Part shown: in pieces, positions 1 through 12,838 of the stretch
Position numbering within the stretch: position 1 is the first letter of the stretch
How the letters are laid out: each line of letters opens with the position of its first letter
From: Auanema rhodensis
Lineage: Eukaryota > Animalia > Nematoda
Reading direction: 5' to 3'
DNA: 64,000 nucleotides
Assembly: GCA_964057225.1 (NCBI GenBank)
Contig: OZ059894.1
Location: forward strand, 23,560,001-23,624,000
Notes under the pieces: generated by a model
Databases searched by the model: none
What the model saw: only the letters and a program-made list of their open reading frames with translations
Told to the model about the DNA's origin: nothing
Program-made: the position numbers and the translations under genes

Positions 1-55
1 AATTAGATTCCCCATGTCTATATTAGTCTAAAAACAAATTTTTATTGATATTGGT

Positions 56-70
56 TCATGGTAACCATGA
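56..70. other. Dyad symmetry TCATGGT-A-ACCATGA (consensus pos 56-70; contains BstEII GGTNACC)
   Basis: 7-bp perfect inverted arms around a 1-nt spacer, read directly from the sequence. Confidence 0.9.
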
Positions 71-143
71 CTTTGAAATTTACGTGAACTTTAATTTATG
101 CTAATTAAATGTACACGTGATGTGCACTTGGTATGTAACTCGC

Positions 144-153
144 TTCACGTGAA
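144..153. other. Perfect 10-bp palindrome TTCACGTGAA (E-box/G-box core CACGTG), in nearly every monomer
   Basis: Read directly. A second CACGTG lies at pos 114-119 and a one-mismatch copy, TTTACGTGAA, at pos 79-88. Function is not established. Confidence 0.85.
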
Positions 154-1936
154 AGATAAAGAGATGCGGTTTTCAAAATTAGATTCCCCATGTCCATATT
201 AGTCTAAAAACAAATTTTTATTGATATTGGTTCATGGTAACCATGTCTTTGAAATTTACGTGAACTTTAATTTATGCTAATTAAATGTACACGTGATGTG
301 CACTTGGTATGTAACTCGCTTCACGTGAAAGATAAAAAGATGCGGTTTTCAAAATTAGATTCCCCATGTCCATATTAGTCTAAAAACAAATTTTTATTGA
401 TATTGGTTCATGGTAACCATGACTTTGAAATTTACGTGAACTTTAATTTATGCTAATTAAATGTACACGTGATGTGCACTTGGTATGTAACTCGCTTCAC
501 GTGAAAGATAAAGAGATGCGGTTTTCAAAATTAGATTCCCCATGTCCATATTAGTCTAAAAACAAATTTTTATTGATATTGGTTCATGGTAACCATGACT
601 TTGAAATTTACGTGAACTTTAATTTATGCTAATTAAATGTACACGTGATGTGCACTTGGTATGTAACTCGCTTCACGTGAAAGATAAAGAGATGCGGTTT
701 TCAAAATTAGATTCCCCATGTCCATATTAGTCTAAAAACAAATTTTTATTGATATTGGTGCATGGTAACCATGACTTTGAAATTTACGTGAACTTTAATT
801 TATGCTAATTAAATGTACACGTGATGTGCACTTGGTATGTAACTTGCTTCACGTGAAAGATAAAGAGATGCGGTTTTCAAAATTGGATTCCCCATGTCCA
901 TATTAGTCTAAAAACAAATTTTTATTGATATTGGTTCATGGTAACCATGACTTTGAAATTTACGTGAACTTTAATTTATGCTAATTAAATGTACACGTGA
1001 TGTGCACTTGGTATGTAACTCGCTTCACGTGAAAGATAAAGAGATGCGGTTTTCAAAATTAGATTCCCCATGTCTATATTAGTCTAAAAACAAATTTTTA
1101 TTGATATTGGTTCATGGTAACCATGACTTTGAAATTTACGTGAACTTTAATTTATGCTAATTAAATGTACACGTGATGTGCACTTGGTATGTAACTCGCT
1201 TCACGTGAAAGATAAAGAGATGCGGTTTTCAAAATTAGATTCCCCATGTCCATATTAGTCTAAAAACAAATTTTTATTGATATTGGTTCATGGTAACCAT
1301 GTCTTTGAAATTTACGTGAACTTTAATTTATGCTAATTAAATGTACACGTGATATGCACTTGGTATGTAACTCGCTTCACGTGAAAGATAAAGAGATGCG
1401 GTTTTCAAAATTAGATTCCCCATGTCCATATTAGTCTAAAAACAAATTTTTATTGTTATTGGTTCATGGTAACCATGACTTTGAAATTTACGTGAACTTT
1501 AATTTATGCTAATTAAATGTACACGCGATGTGCACTTGGTATGTAACTCGCTTCACGTGAAAGATAAAGAGATGCGGTTTTCAAAATTAGATTCCCCATG
1601 TCCATATTAGTCTAAAAACAAATTTTTATTGATATTGGTTCATGGTAACCATGTCTTTGAAATTTACGTGAACTTTAATTTATGCTAATTAAATGTACAC
1701 GTGATGTGCACTTGGTATGTGACTCGCTTCACGTGAAAGATAAAGAGATGCGGTTTTCAAAATTAGATTCCCCATGTCCATATTAGTCTAAAAACAAATT
1801 TTTATTGATATTGGTTCATGGTAACCATGACTTTGAAATTTACGTGAACTTTAATTTATGCTAATTAAATGTACACGTGATGTGCACTTGGTATGTAACT
1901 CGCTTCACGTGAAAGATAAAGAGATGCGGTTTTCAA

Positions 1937-2110
1937 AATTAGATTCCCCATGTCCATATTAGTTTAAACAAACTTTTATTGTTATTGGTTCAAGGTAACC
2001 ATGACTTTGAATTTTACGTGAACTTTAATTTATGCTAATTAAATGTACACGTGATGTGCACTTGGTATGTAACTCGCTTCACGTGAAAGATAAAGAGATG
2101 CGGTTTTCAA
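1937..2110. repeat. 174-bp variant monomer D (first of 21 copies)
   Basis: agtttaaacaaacttttattgttattggttcaaggtaaccatgactttgaatttt versus consensus agtctaaaaacaaatttttattgatattggttcatggtaaccatgactttgaaattt. Copies start at 1937, 5807, 6333, 7739, 10025, 12839, 14949, 17763, 20049, 21455, 24269, 25675, 30073, 32359, 34469, 36579, 39217, 42559, 43437, 48363 and 50473. Confidence 0.95.
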
Positions 2111-5100
2111 AATTAGATTCCCCATGTCCATATTAGTCTAAAAACAAATTTTTATTGATATTGGTTCATGGTAACCATGACTTTGAAATTTACGTGAACT
2201 TTAATTTATGCTAATTAAATGTACACGTGATGTGCACTTGGTATGTAACTCGCTTCACGTGAAAGATAAAGAGATGCGGTTTTCAAAATTAGATTCCCCA
2301 TGTCTATATTAGTCTAAAAACAAATTTTTATTGATATTGGTTCATGGTAACCATGACTTTGAAATTTACGTGAACTTTAATTTATGCTAATTAAATGTAC
2401 ACGTGATGTGCACTTGGTATGTAACTCGCTTCACGTGAAAGATAAAGAGATGCGGTTTTCAAAATTAGATTCCCCATGTCCATATTAGTCTAAAAACAAA
2501 TTTTTATTGATATTGGTTCATGGTAACCATGTCTTTGAAATTTACGTGAACTTTAATTTATGCTAATTAAATGTACACGTGATGTGCACTTGGTATGTAA
2601 CTCGCTTCACGTGAAAGATAAAAAGATGCGGTTTTCAAAATTAGATTCCCCATGTCCATATTAGTCTAAAAACAAATTTTTATTGATATTGGTTCATGGT
2701 AACCATGACTTTGAAATTTACGTGAACTTTAATTTATGCTAATTAAATGTACACGTGATGTGCACTTGGTATGTAACTCGCTTCACGTGAAAGATAAAGA
2801 GATGCGGTTTTCAAAATTAGATTCCCCATGTCCATATTAGTCTAAAAACAAATTTTTATTGATATTGGTTCATGGTAACCATGACTTTGAAATTTACGTG
2901 AACTTTAATTTATGCTAATTAAATGTACACGTGATGTGCACTTGGTATGTAACTCGCTTCACGTGAAAGATAAAGAGATGCGGTTTTCAAAATTAGATTC
3001 CCCATGTCCATATTAGTCTAAAAACAAATTTTTATTGATATTGGTGCATGGTAACCATGACTTTGAAATTTACGTGAACTTTAATTTATGCTAATTAAAT
3101 GTACACGTGATGTGCACTTGGTATGTAACTTGCTTCACGTGAAAGATAAAGAGATGCGGTTTTCAAAATTGGATTCCCCATGTCCATATTAGTCTAAAAA
3201 CAAATTTTTATTGATATTGGTTCATGGTAACCATGACTTTGAAATTTACGTGAACTTTAATTTATGCTAATTAAATGTACACGTGATGTGCACTTGGTAT
3301 GTAACTCGCTTCACGTGAAAGATAAAGAGATGCGGTTTTCAAAATTAGATTCCCCATGTCTATATTAGTCTAAAAACAAATTTTTATTGATATTGGTTCA
3401 TGGTAACCATGACTTTGAAATTTACGTGAACTTTAATTTATGCTAATTAAATGTACACGTGATGTGCACTTGGTATGTAACTCGCTTCACGTGAAAGATA
3501 AAGAGATGCGGTTTTCAAAATTAGATTCCCCATGTCCATATTAGTCTAAAAACAAATTTTTATTGATATTGGTTCATGGTAACCATGTCTTTGAAATTTA
3601 CGTGAACTTTAATTTATGCTAATTAAATGTACACGTGATATGCACTTGGTATGTAACTCGCTTCACGTGAAAGATAAAGAGATGCGGTTTTCAAAATTAG
3701 ATTCCCCATGTCCATATTAGTCTAAAAACAAATTTTTATTGATATTGGTGCATGGTAACCATGACTTTGAAATTTACGTGAACTTTAATTTATGCTAATT
3801 AAATGTACACGTGATGTGCACTTGGTATGTAACTTGCTTCACGTGAAAGATAAAGAGATGCGGTTTTCAAAATTGGATTCCCCATGTCCATATTAGTCTA
3901 AAAACAAATTTTTATTGATATTGGTTCATGGTAACCATGACTTTGAAATTTACGTGAACTTTAATTTATGCTAATTAAATGTACACGTGATGTGCACTTG
4001 GTATGTAACTCGCTTCACGTGAAAGATAAAGAGATGCGGTTTTCAAAATTAGATTCCCCATGTCCATATTAGTCTAAAAACAAATTTTTATTGATATTGG
4101 TTCATGGTAACCATGACTTTGAAATTTACGTGAACTTTAATTTATGCTAATTAAATGTACACGTGATGTGCACTTGGTATGTAACTCGCTTCACGTGAAA
4201 GATAAAGAGATGCGGTTTTCAAAATTAGATTCCCCATGTCCATATTAGTCTAAAAACAAATTTTTATTGATATTGGTTCATGGTAACCATGACTTTGAAA
4301 CTAACGTGAACTTTAATTTATGCTAATTAAATGTACACGTGATGTGCACTTGGTATGTAACTCGCTTCACGTGAAAGATAAAGAGATGCGGTTTTCAAAA
4401 TTAGATTCCCCATGTCCATATTAGTCTAAAAACAAATTTTTATTGATATTGGTTCATGGTAACCATGTCTTTGAAATTTACGTGAACTTTAATTTATGCT
4501 AATTAAATGTACACGTGATGTGCACTTGGTATGTAACTCGCTTCACGTGAAAGATAAAAAGATGCGGTTTTCAAAATTAGATTCCCCATGTCCATATTAG
4601 TCTAAAAACAAATTTTTATTGATATTGGTTCATGGTAACCATGACTTTGAAATTTACGTGAACTTTAATTTATGCTAATTAAATGTACACGTGATGTGCA
4701 CTTGGTATGTAACTCGCTTCACGTGAAAGATAAAGAGATGCGGTTTTCAAAATTAGATTCCCCATGTCCATATTAGTCTAAAAACAAATTTTTATTGATA
4801 TTGGTTCATGGTAACCATGACTTTGAAATTTACGTGAACTTTAATTTATGCTAATTAAATGTACACGTGATGTGCACTTGGTATGTAACTCGCTTCACGT
4901 GAAAGATAAAGAGATGCGGTTTTCAAAATTAGATTCCCCATGTCCATATTAGTCTAAAAACAAATTTTTATTGATATTGGTGCATGGTAACCATGACTTT
5001 GAAATTTACGTGAACTTTAATTTATGCTAATTAAATGTACACGTGATGTGCACTTGGTATGTAACTTGCTTCACGTGAAAGATAAAGAGATGCGGTTTTC

Positions 5101-8100
5101 AAAATTAGATTCCCCATGTCCATATTAGTCTAAAAACAAATTTTTATTGATATTGGTTCATGGTAACCATGACTTTGAAACTTACGTGAACTTTAATTTT
5201 TGCTAATTAAATGTACACGTGATGTGCACTTGGTATGTAACTCGCTTCACGTGAAAGATAAAGAGATGCGGTTTTCAAAATTAGATTCCCCATGTCCATA
5301 TTAGTCTAAAAACAAATTTTTATTGTTATTGGTTCATGGTAACCATGACTTTGAAATTTACGTGAACTTTAATTTATGCTAATTAAATGTACACGCGATG
5401 TGCACTTGGTATGTAACTCGCTTCACGTGAAAGATAAAGAGATGCGGTTTTCAAAATTAGATTCCCCATGTCCATATTAGTCTAAAAACAAATTTTTATT
5501 GATATTGGTTCATGGTAACCATGTCTTTGAAATTTACGTGAACTTTAATTTATGCTAATTAAATGTACACGTGATGTGCACTTGGTATGTGACTCGCTTC
5601 ACGTGAAAGATAAAGAGATGCGGTTTTCAAAATTAGATTCCCCATGTCCATATTAGTCTAAAAACAAATTTTTATTGATATTGGTTCATGGTAACCATGA
5701 CTTTGAAATTTACGTGAACTTTAATTTATGCTAATTAAATGTACACGTGATGTGCACTTGGTATGTAACTCGCTTCACGTGAAAGATAAAGAGATGCGGT
5801 TTCCAAAATTAGATTCCCCATGTCCATATTAGTTTAAACAAACTTTTATTGTTATTGGTTCAAGGTAACCATGACTTTGAATTTTACGTGAACTTTAATT
5901 TATGCTAATTAAATGTACACGTGATGTGCACTTGGTATGTAACTCGCTTCACGTGAAAGATAAAGAGATGCGGTTTTCAAAATTAGATTCCCCATGTCCA
6001 TATTAGTCTAAAAACAAATTTTTATTGATATTGGTTCATGGTAACCATGACTTTGAAATTTACGTGAACTTTAATTTATGCTAATTAAATGTACACGTGA
6101 TGTGCACTTGGTATGTAACTTGCTTCACGTGAAAGATAAAGAGATGCGGTTTTCAAAATTAGATTCCCCATGTCCATATTAGTCTAAAAACAAATTTTTA
6201 TTGATATTGGTTCATGGTAACCATGACTTTGAAACTTACGTGAACTTTAATTTATGCTAATTAAATGTACACGTGATGTGCACTTGGTATGTAACTCGCT
6301 TCACGTGAAAGATAAAGAGATGCGGTTTTCAAAATTAAATTCCCCATGTCCATATTAGTTTAAACAAACTTTTATTGTTATTGGTTCAAGGTAACCATGA
6401 CTTTGAATTTTACGTGAACTTTAATTTATGCTAATTAAATGTACACGTGATGTGCACTTGGTATGTAACTCGCTTCACGTGAAAGATAAAGAGATGCGGT
6501 TTTCAAAATTAGATTCCCCATGTCCATATTAGTCTAAAAACAAATTTTTATTGATATTGGTTCATGGTAACCATGACTTTGAAATTTACGTGAACTTTAA
6601 TTTATGCTAATTAAATGTACACGTGATGTGCACTTGGTATGTAACTCGCTTCACGTGAAAGATAAAGAGATGCGGTTTTCAAAATTAGATTCCCCATGTC
6701 TATATTAGTCTAAAAACAAATTTTTATTGATATTGGTTCATGGTAACCATGACTTTGAAATTTACGTGAACTTTAATTTATGCTAATTAAATGTACACGT
6801 GATGTGCACTTGGTATGTAACTCGCTTCACGTGAAAGATAAAGAGATGCGGTTTTCAAAATTAGATTCCCCATGTCCATATTAGTCTAAAAACAAATTTT
6901 TATTGATATTGGTTCATGGTAACCATGACTTTGAAATTTACGTGAACTTTAATTTATGCTAATTAAATGTACACGTGATGTGCACTTGGTATGTAACTCG
7001 CTTCACGTGAAAGATAAAGAGATGCGGTTTTCAAAATTAGATTCCCCATGTCCATATTAGTCTAAAAACAAATTTTTATTGATATTGGTGCATGGTAACC
7101 ATGACTTTGAAATTTACGTGAACTTTAATTTATGCTAATTAAATGTACACGTGATGTGCACTTGGTATGTAACTTGCTTCACGTGAAAGATAAAGAGATG
7201 CGGTTTTCAAAATTAGATTCCCCATGTCCATATTAGTCTAAAAACAAATTTTTATTGATATTGGTTCATGGTAACCATGACTTTGAAATTTACGTGAACT
7301 TTAATTTATGCTAATTAAATGTACACGTGATGTGCACTTGGTATGTAACTCGCTTCACGTGAAAGATAAAGAGATGCGGTTTTCAAAATTAGATTCCCCA
7401 TGTCCATATTAGTCTAAAAACAAATTTTTATTGATATTGGTGCATGGTAACCATGACTTTGAAATTTACGTGAACTTTAATTTATGCTAATTAAATGTAC
7501 ACGTGATGTGCACTTGGTATGTAACTTGCTTCACGTGAAAGATAAAGAGATGCGGTTTTCAAAATTAGATTCCCCATGTCCATATTAGTCTAAAAACAAA
7601 TTTTTATTGATATTGGTTCATGGTAACCATGACTTTGAAACTTACGTGAACTTTAATTTATGCTAATTAAATGTACACGTGATGTGCACTTGGTATGTAA
7701 CTCGCTTCACGTGAAAGATAAAGAGATGCGGTTTTCAAAATTAGATTCCCCATGTCCATATTAGTTTAAACAAACTTTTATTGTTATTGGTTCAAGGTAA
7801 CCATGACTTTGAATTTTACGTGAACTTTAATTTATGCTAATTAAATGTACACGTGATGTGCACTTGGTATGTAACTCGCTTCACGTGAAAGATAAAGAGA
7901 TGCGGTTTTCAAAATTAGATTCCCCATGTCCATATTAGTCTAAAAACAAATTTTTATTGATATTGGTTCATGGTAACCATGACTTTGAAATTTACGTGAA
8001 CTTTAATTTATGCTAATTAAATGTACACGTGATGTGCACTTGGTATGTAACTCGCTTCACGTGAAAGATAAAGAGATGCGGTTTTCAAAATTAGATTCCC

Positions 8101-11100
8101 CATGTCTATATTAGTCTAAAAACAAATTTTTATTGATATTGGTTCATGGTAACCATGACTTTGAAATTTACGTGAACTTTAATTTATGCTAATTAAATGT
8201 ACACGTGATGTGCACTTGGTATGTAACTCGCTTCACGTGAAAGATAAAGAGATGCGGTTTTCAAAATTAGATTCCCCATGTCCATATTAGTCTAAAAACA
8301 AATTTTTATTGATATTGGTTCATGGTAACCATGACTTTGAAATTTACGTGAACTTTAATTTATGCTAATTAAATGTACACGTGATGTGCACTTGGTATGT
8401 AACTCGCTTCACGTGAAAGATAAAGAGATGCGGTTTTCAAAATTAGATTCCCCATGTCCATATTAGTCTAAAAACAAATTTTTATTGATATTGGTGCATG
8501 GTAACCATCACTTTGAAATTTACGTGAACTTTAATTTATGCTAATTAAATGTACACGTGATGTGCACTTGGTATGTAACTTGCTTCACGTGAAAGATAAA
8601 GAGATGCGGTTTTCAAAATTAGATTCCCCATGTCCATATTAGTCTAAAAACAAATTTTTATTGATATTGGTTCATGGTAACCATGACTTTGAAATTTACG
8701 TGAACTTTAATTTATGCTAATTAAATGTACACGTGATGTGCACTTGGTATGTAACTCGCTTCACGTGAAAGATAAAGAGATGCGGTTTTCAAAATTAGAT
8801 TCCCCATGTCCATATTAGTCTAAAAACAAATTTTTATTGATATTGGTTCATGGTAACCATGTCTTTGAAATTTACGTGAACTTTAATTTATGCTAATTAA
8901 ATGTACACGTGATGTGCACTTGGTATGTAACTCGCTTCACGTGAAAGATAAAAAGATGCGGTTTTCAAAATTAGATTCCCCATGTCCATATTAGTCTAAA
9001 AACAAATTTTTATTGATATTGGTTCATGGTAACCATGACTTTGAAACTAACGTGAACTTTAATTTATGCTAATTAAATGTACACGTGATGTGCACTTGGT
9101 ATGTAACTCGCTTCACGTGAAAGATAAAGAGATGCGGTTTTCAAAATTAGATTCCCCATGTCCATATTAGTCTAAAAACAAATTTTTATTGATATTGGTT
9201 CATGGTAACCATGTCTTTGAAATTTACGTGAACTTTAATTTATGCTAATTAAATGTACACGTGATGTGCACTTGGTATGTAACTCGCTTCACGTGAAAGA
9301 TAAAAAGATGCGGTTTTCAAAATTAGATTCCCCATGTCCATATTAGTCTAAAAACAAATTTTTATTGATATTGGTTCATGGTAACCATGACTTTGAAATT
9401 TACGTGAACTTTAATTTATGCTAATTAAATGTACACGTGATGTGCACTTGGTATGTAACTCGCTTCACGTGAAAGATAAAGAGATGCGGTTTTCAAAATT
9501 AGATTCCCCATGTCCATATTAGTCTAAAAACAAATTTTTATTGATATTGGTTCATGGTAACCATGACTTTGAAATTTACGTGAACTTTAATTTATGCTAA
9601 TTAAATGTACACGTGATGTGCACTTGGTATGTAACTCGCTTCACGTGAAAGATAAAGAGATGCGGTTTTCAAAATTAGATTCCCCATGTCCATATTAGTC
9701 TAAAAACAAATTTTTATTGATATTGGTGCATGGTAACCATGACTTTGAAATTTACGTGAACTTTAATTTATGCTAATTAAATGTACACGTGATGTGCACT
9801 TGGTATGTAACTTGCTTCACGTGAAAGATAAAGAGATGCGGTTTTCAAAATTAGATTCCCCATGTCCATATTAGTCTAAAAACAAATTTTTATTGATATT
9901 GGTTCATGGTAACCATGACTTTGAAACTTACGTGAACTTTAATTTATGCTAATTAAATGTACACGTGATGTGCACTTGGTATGTAACTCGCTTCACGTGA
10001 AAGATAAAGAGATGCGGTTTTCAAAATTAGATTCCCCATGTCCATATTAGTTTAAACAAACTTTTATTGTTATTGGTTCAAGGTAACCATGACTTTGAAT
10101 TTTACGTGAACTTTAATTTATGCTAATTAAATGTACACGTGATGTGCACTTGGTATGTAACTCGCTTCACGTGAAAGATAAAGAGATGCGGTTTTCAAAA
10201 TTAGATTCCCCATGTCCATATTAGTCTAAAAACAAATTTTTATTGATATTGGTTCATGGTAACCATGACTTTGAAATTTACGTGAACTTTAATTTATGCT
10301 AATTAAATGTACACGTGATGTGCACTTGGTATGTAACTCGCTTCACGTGAAAGATAAAGAGATGCGGTTTTCAAAATTAGATTCCCCATGTCTATATTAG
10401 TCTAAAAACAAATTTTTATTGATATTGGTTCATGGTAACCATGACTTTGAAATTTACGTGAACTTTAATTTATGCTAATTAAATGTACACGTGATGTGCA
10501 CTTGGTATGTAACTCGCTTCACGTGAAAGATAAAGAGATGCGGTTTTCAAAATTAGATTCCCCATGTCCATATTAGTCTAAAAACAAATTTGTATTGATA
10601 TTGGTTCATGGTAACCATGTCTTTGAAATTTACGTGAACTTTAATTTATGCTAATTAAATGTACACGTGATGTGCTCTTGGTATGTAACTCGCTTCACGT
10701 GAAAGATAAAAAGATGCGGTTTTCAAAATTAGATTCCCCATGTCCATATTAGTCTAAAAACAAATTTTTATTGATATTGGTTCATGGTAACCATGACTTT
10801 GAAATTTACGTGAACTTTAATTTATGCTAATTAAATGTACACGTGATGTGCACTTGGTATGTAACTCGCTTCACGTGAAAGATAAAGAGATGCGGTTTTC
10901 AAAATTAGATTCCCCATGTCCATATTAGTCTAAAAACAAATTTTTATTGATATTGGTTCATGGTAACCATGACTTTGAAATTTACGTGAACTTTAATTTA
11001 TGCTAATTAAATGTACACGTGATGTGCACTTGGTATGTAACTCGCTTCACGTGAAAGATAAAGAGATGCGGTTTTCAAAATTAGATTCCCCATGTCCATA

Positions 11101-12838
11101 TTAGTCTAAAAACAAATTTTTATTGATATTGGTTCATGGTAACCATGACTTTGAAATTTACGTGAACTTTAATTTATGCTAATTAAATGTACACGTGATG
11201 TGCACTTGGTATGTAACTCGCTTCACGTGAAAGATAAAGAGATGCGGTTTTCAAAATTAGATTCCCCATGTCCATATTAGTCTAAAAACAAATTTTTATT
11301 GATATTGGTGCATGGTAACCATGACTTTGAAATTTACGTGAACTTTAATTTATGCTAATTAAATGTACACGTGATGTGCACTTGGTATGTAACTTGCTTC
11401 ACGTGAAAGATAAAGAGATGCGGTTTTCAAAATTAGATTCCCCATGTCCATATTAGTCTAAAAACAAATTTTTATTGATATTGGTTCATGGTAACCATGA
11501 CTTTGAAATTTACGTGAACTTTAATTTATGCTAATTAAATGTACACGTGATGTGCACTTGGTATGTAACTCGCTTCACGTGAAAGATAAAGAGATGCGGT
11601 TTTCAAAATTAGATTCCCCATGTCCATATTAGTCTAAAAACAAATTTTTATTGATATTGGTTCATGGTAACCATGTCTTTGAAATTTACGTGAACTTTAA
11701 TTTATGCTAATTAAATGTACACGTGATGTGCACTTGGTATGTAACTCGCTTCACGTGAAAGATAAAAAGATGCGGTTTTCAAAATTAGATTCCCCATGTC
11801 CATATTAGTCTAAAAACAAATTTTTATTGATATTGGTTCATGGTAACCATGACTTTGAAACTAACGTGAACTTTAATTTATGCTAATTAAATGTACACGT
11901 GATGTGCACTTGGTATGTAACTCGCTTCACGTGAAAGATAAAGAGATGCGGTTTTCAAAATTAGATTCCCCATGTCCATATTAGTCTAAAAACAAATTTT
12001 TATTGATATTGGTTCATGGTAACCATGTCTTTGAAATTTACGTGAACTTTAATTTATGCTAATTAAATGTACACGTGATGTGCACTTGGTATGTAACTCG
12101 CTTCACGTGAAAGATAAAAAGATGCGGTTTTCAAAATTAGATTCCCCATGTCCATATTAGTCTAAAAACAAATTTTTATTGATATTGGTTCATGGTAACC
12201 ATGACTTTGAAATTTACGTGAACTTTAATTTATGCTAATTAAATGTACACGTGATGTGCACTTGGTATGTAACTCGCTTCACGTGAAAGATAAAGAGATG
12301 CGGTTTTCAAAATTAGATTCCCCATGTCCATATTAGTCTAAAAACAAATTTTTATTGATATTGGTTCATGGTAACCATGACTTTGAAATTTACGTGAACT
12401 TTAATTTATGCTAATTAAATGTACACGTGATGTGCACTTGGTATGTAACTCGCTTCACGTGAAAAATAAAGAGATGCGGTTTTCAAAATTAGATTCCCCA
12501 TGTCAATATTAGTCTAAAAACAAATTTTTATTGATATTGGTGCATGGTAACCATGACTTTGAAATTTACGTGAACTTTAATTTATGCTAATTAAATGTAC
12601 ACGTGATGTGCACTTGGTATGTAACTTGCTTCACGTGAAAGATAAAGAGATGCGGTTTTCAAAATTAGATTCCCCATGTCCATATTAGTCTAAAAACAAA
12701 TTTTTATTGATATTGGTTCATGGTAACCATGACTTTGAAACTTACGTGAACTTTAATTTATGCTAATTAAATGTACACGTGATGTGCACTTGGTATGTAA
12801 CTCGCTTCACGTGAAAGATAAAGAGATGCGGTTTTCAA

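Noticed and set aside
139-170. CENP-B box
   Set aside because: No match to TTCGnnnnAnnCGGG on either strand. ctcgcttcacgtg and gatgcggtt are only superficially similar.
1-176. Identity with known 176-178-bp satellites (Brassica CentBr, Arabidopsis CEN178, Apis AluI)
   Set aside because: Only the length is similar. The consensus lacks AAGCTT/AGCT sites and does not match those sequences as I recall them. A database search is needed for any assignment.
1-176. Tandem RNA gene array (5S rRNA, tRNA, snRNA, SL RNA) or telomeric repeat
   Set aside because: No recognisable 5S or tRNA sequence, Pol III A/B/C boxes or short telomeric motif; 32% GC.
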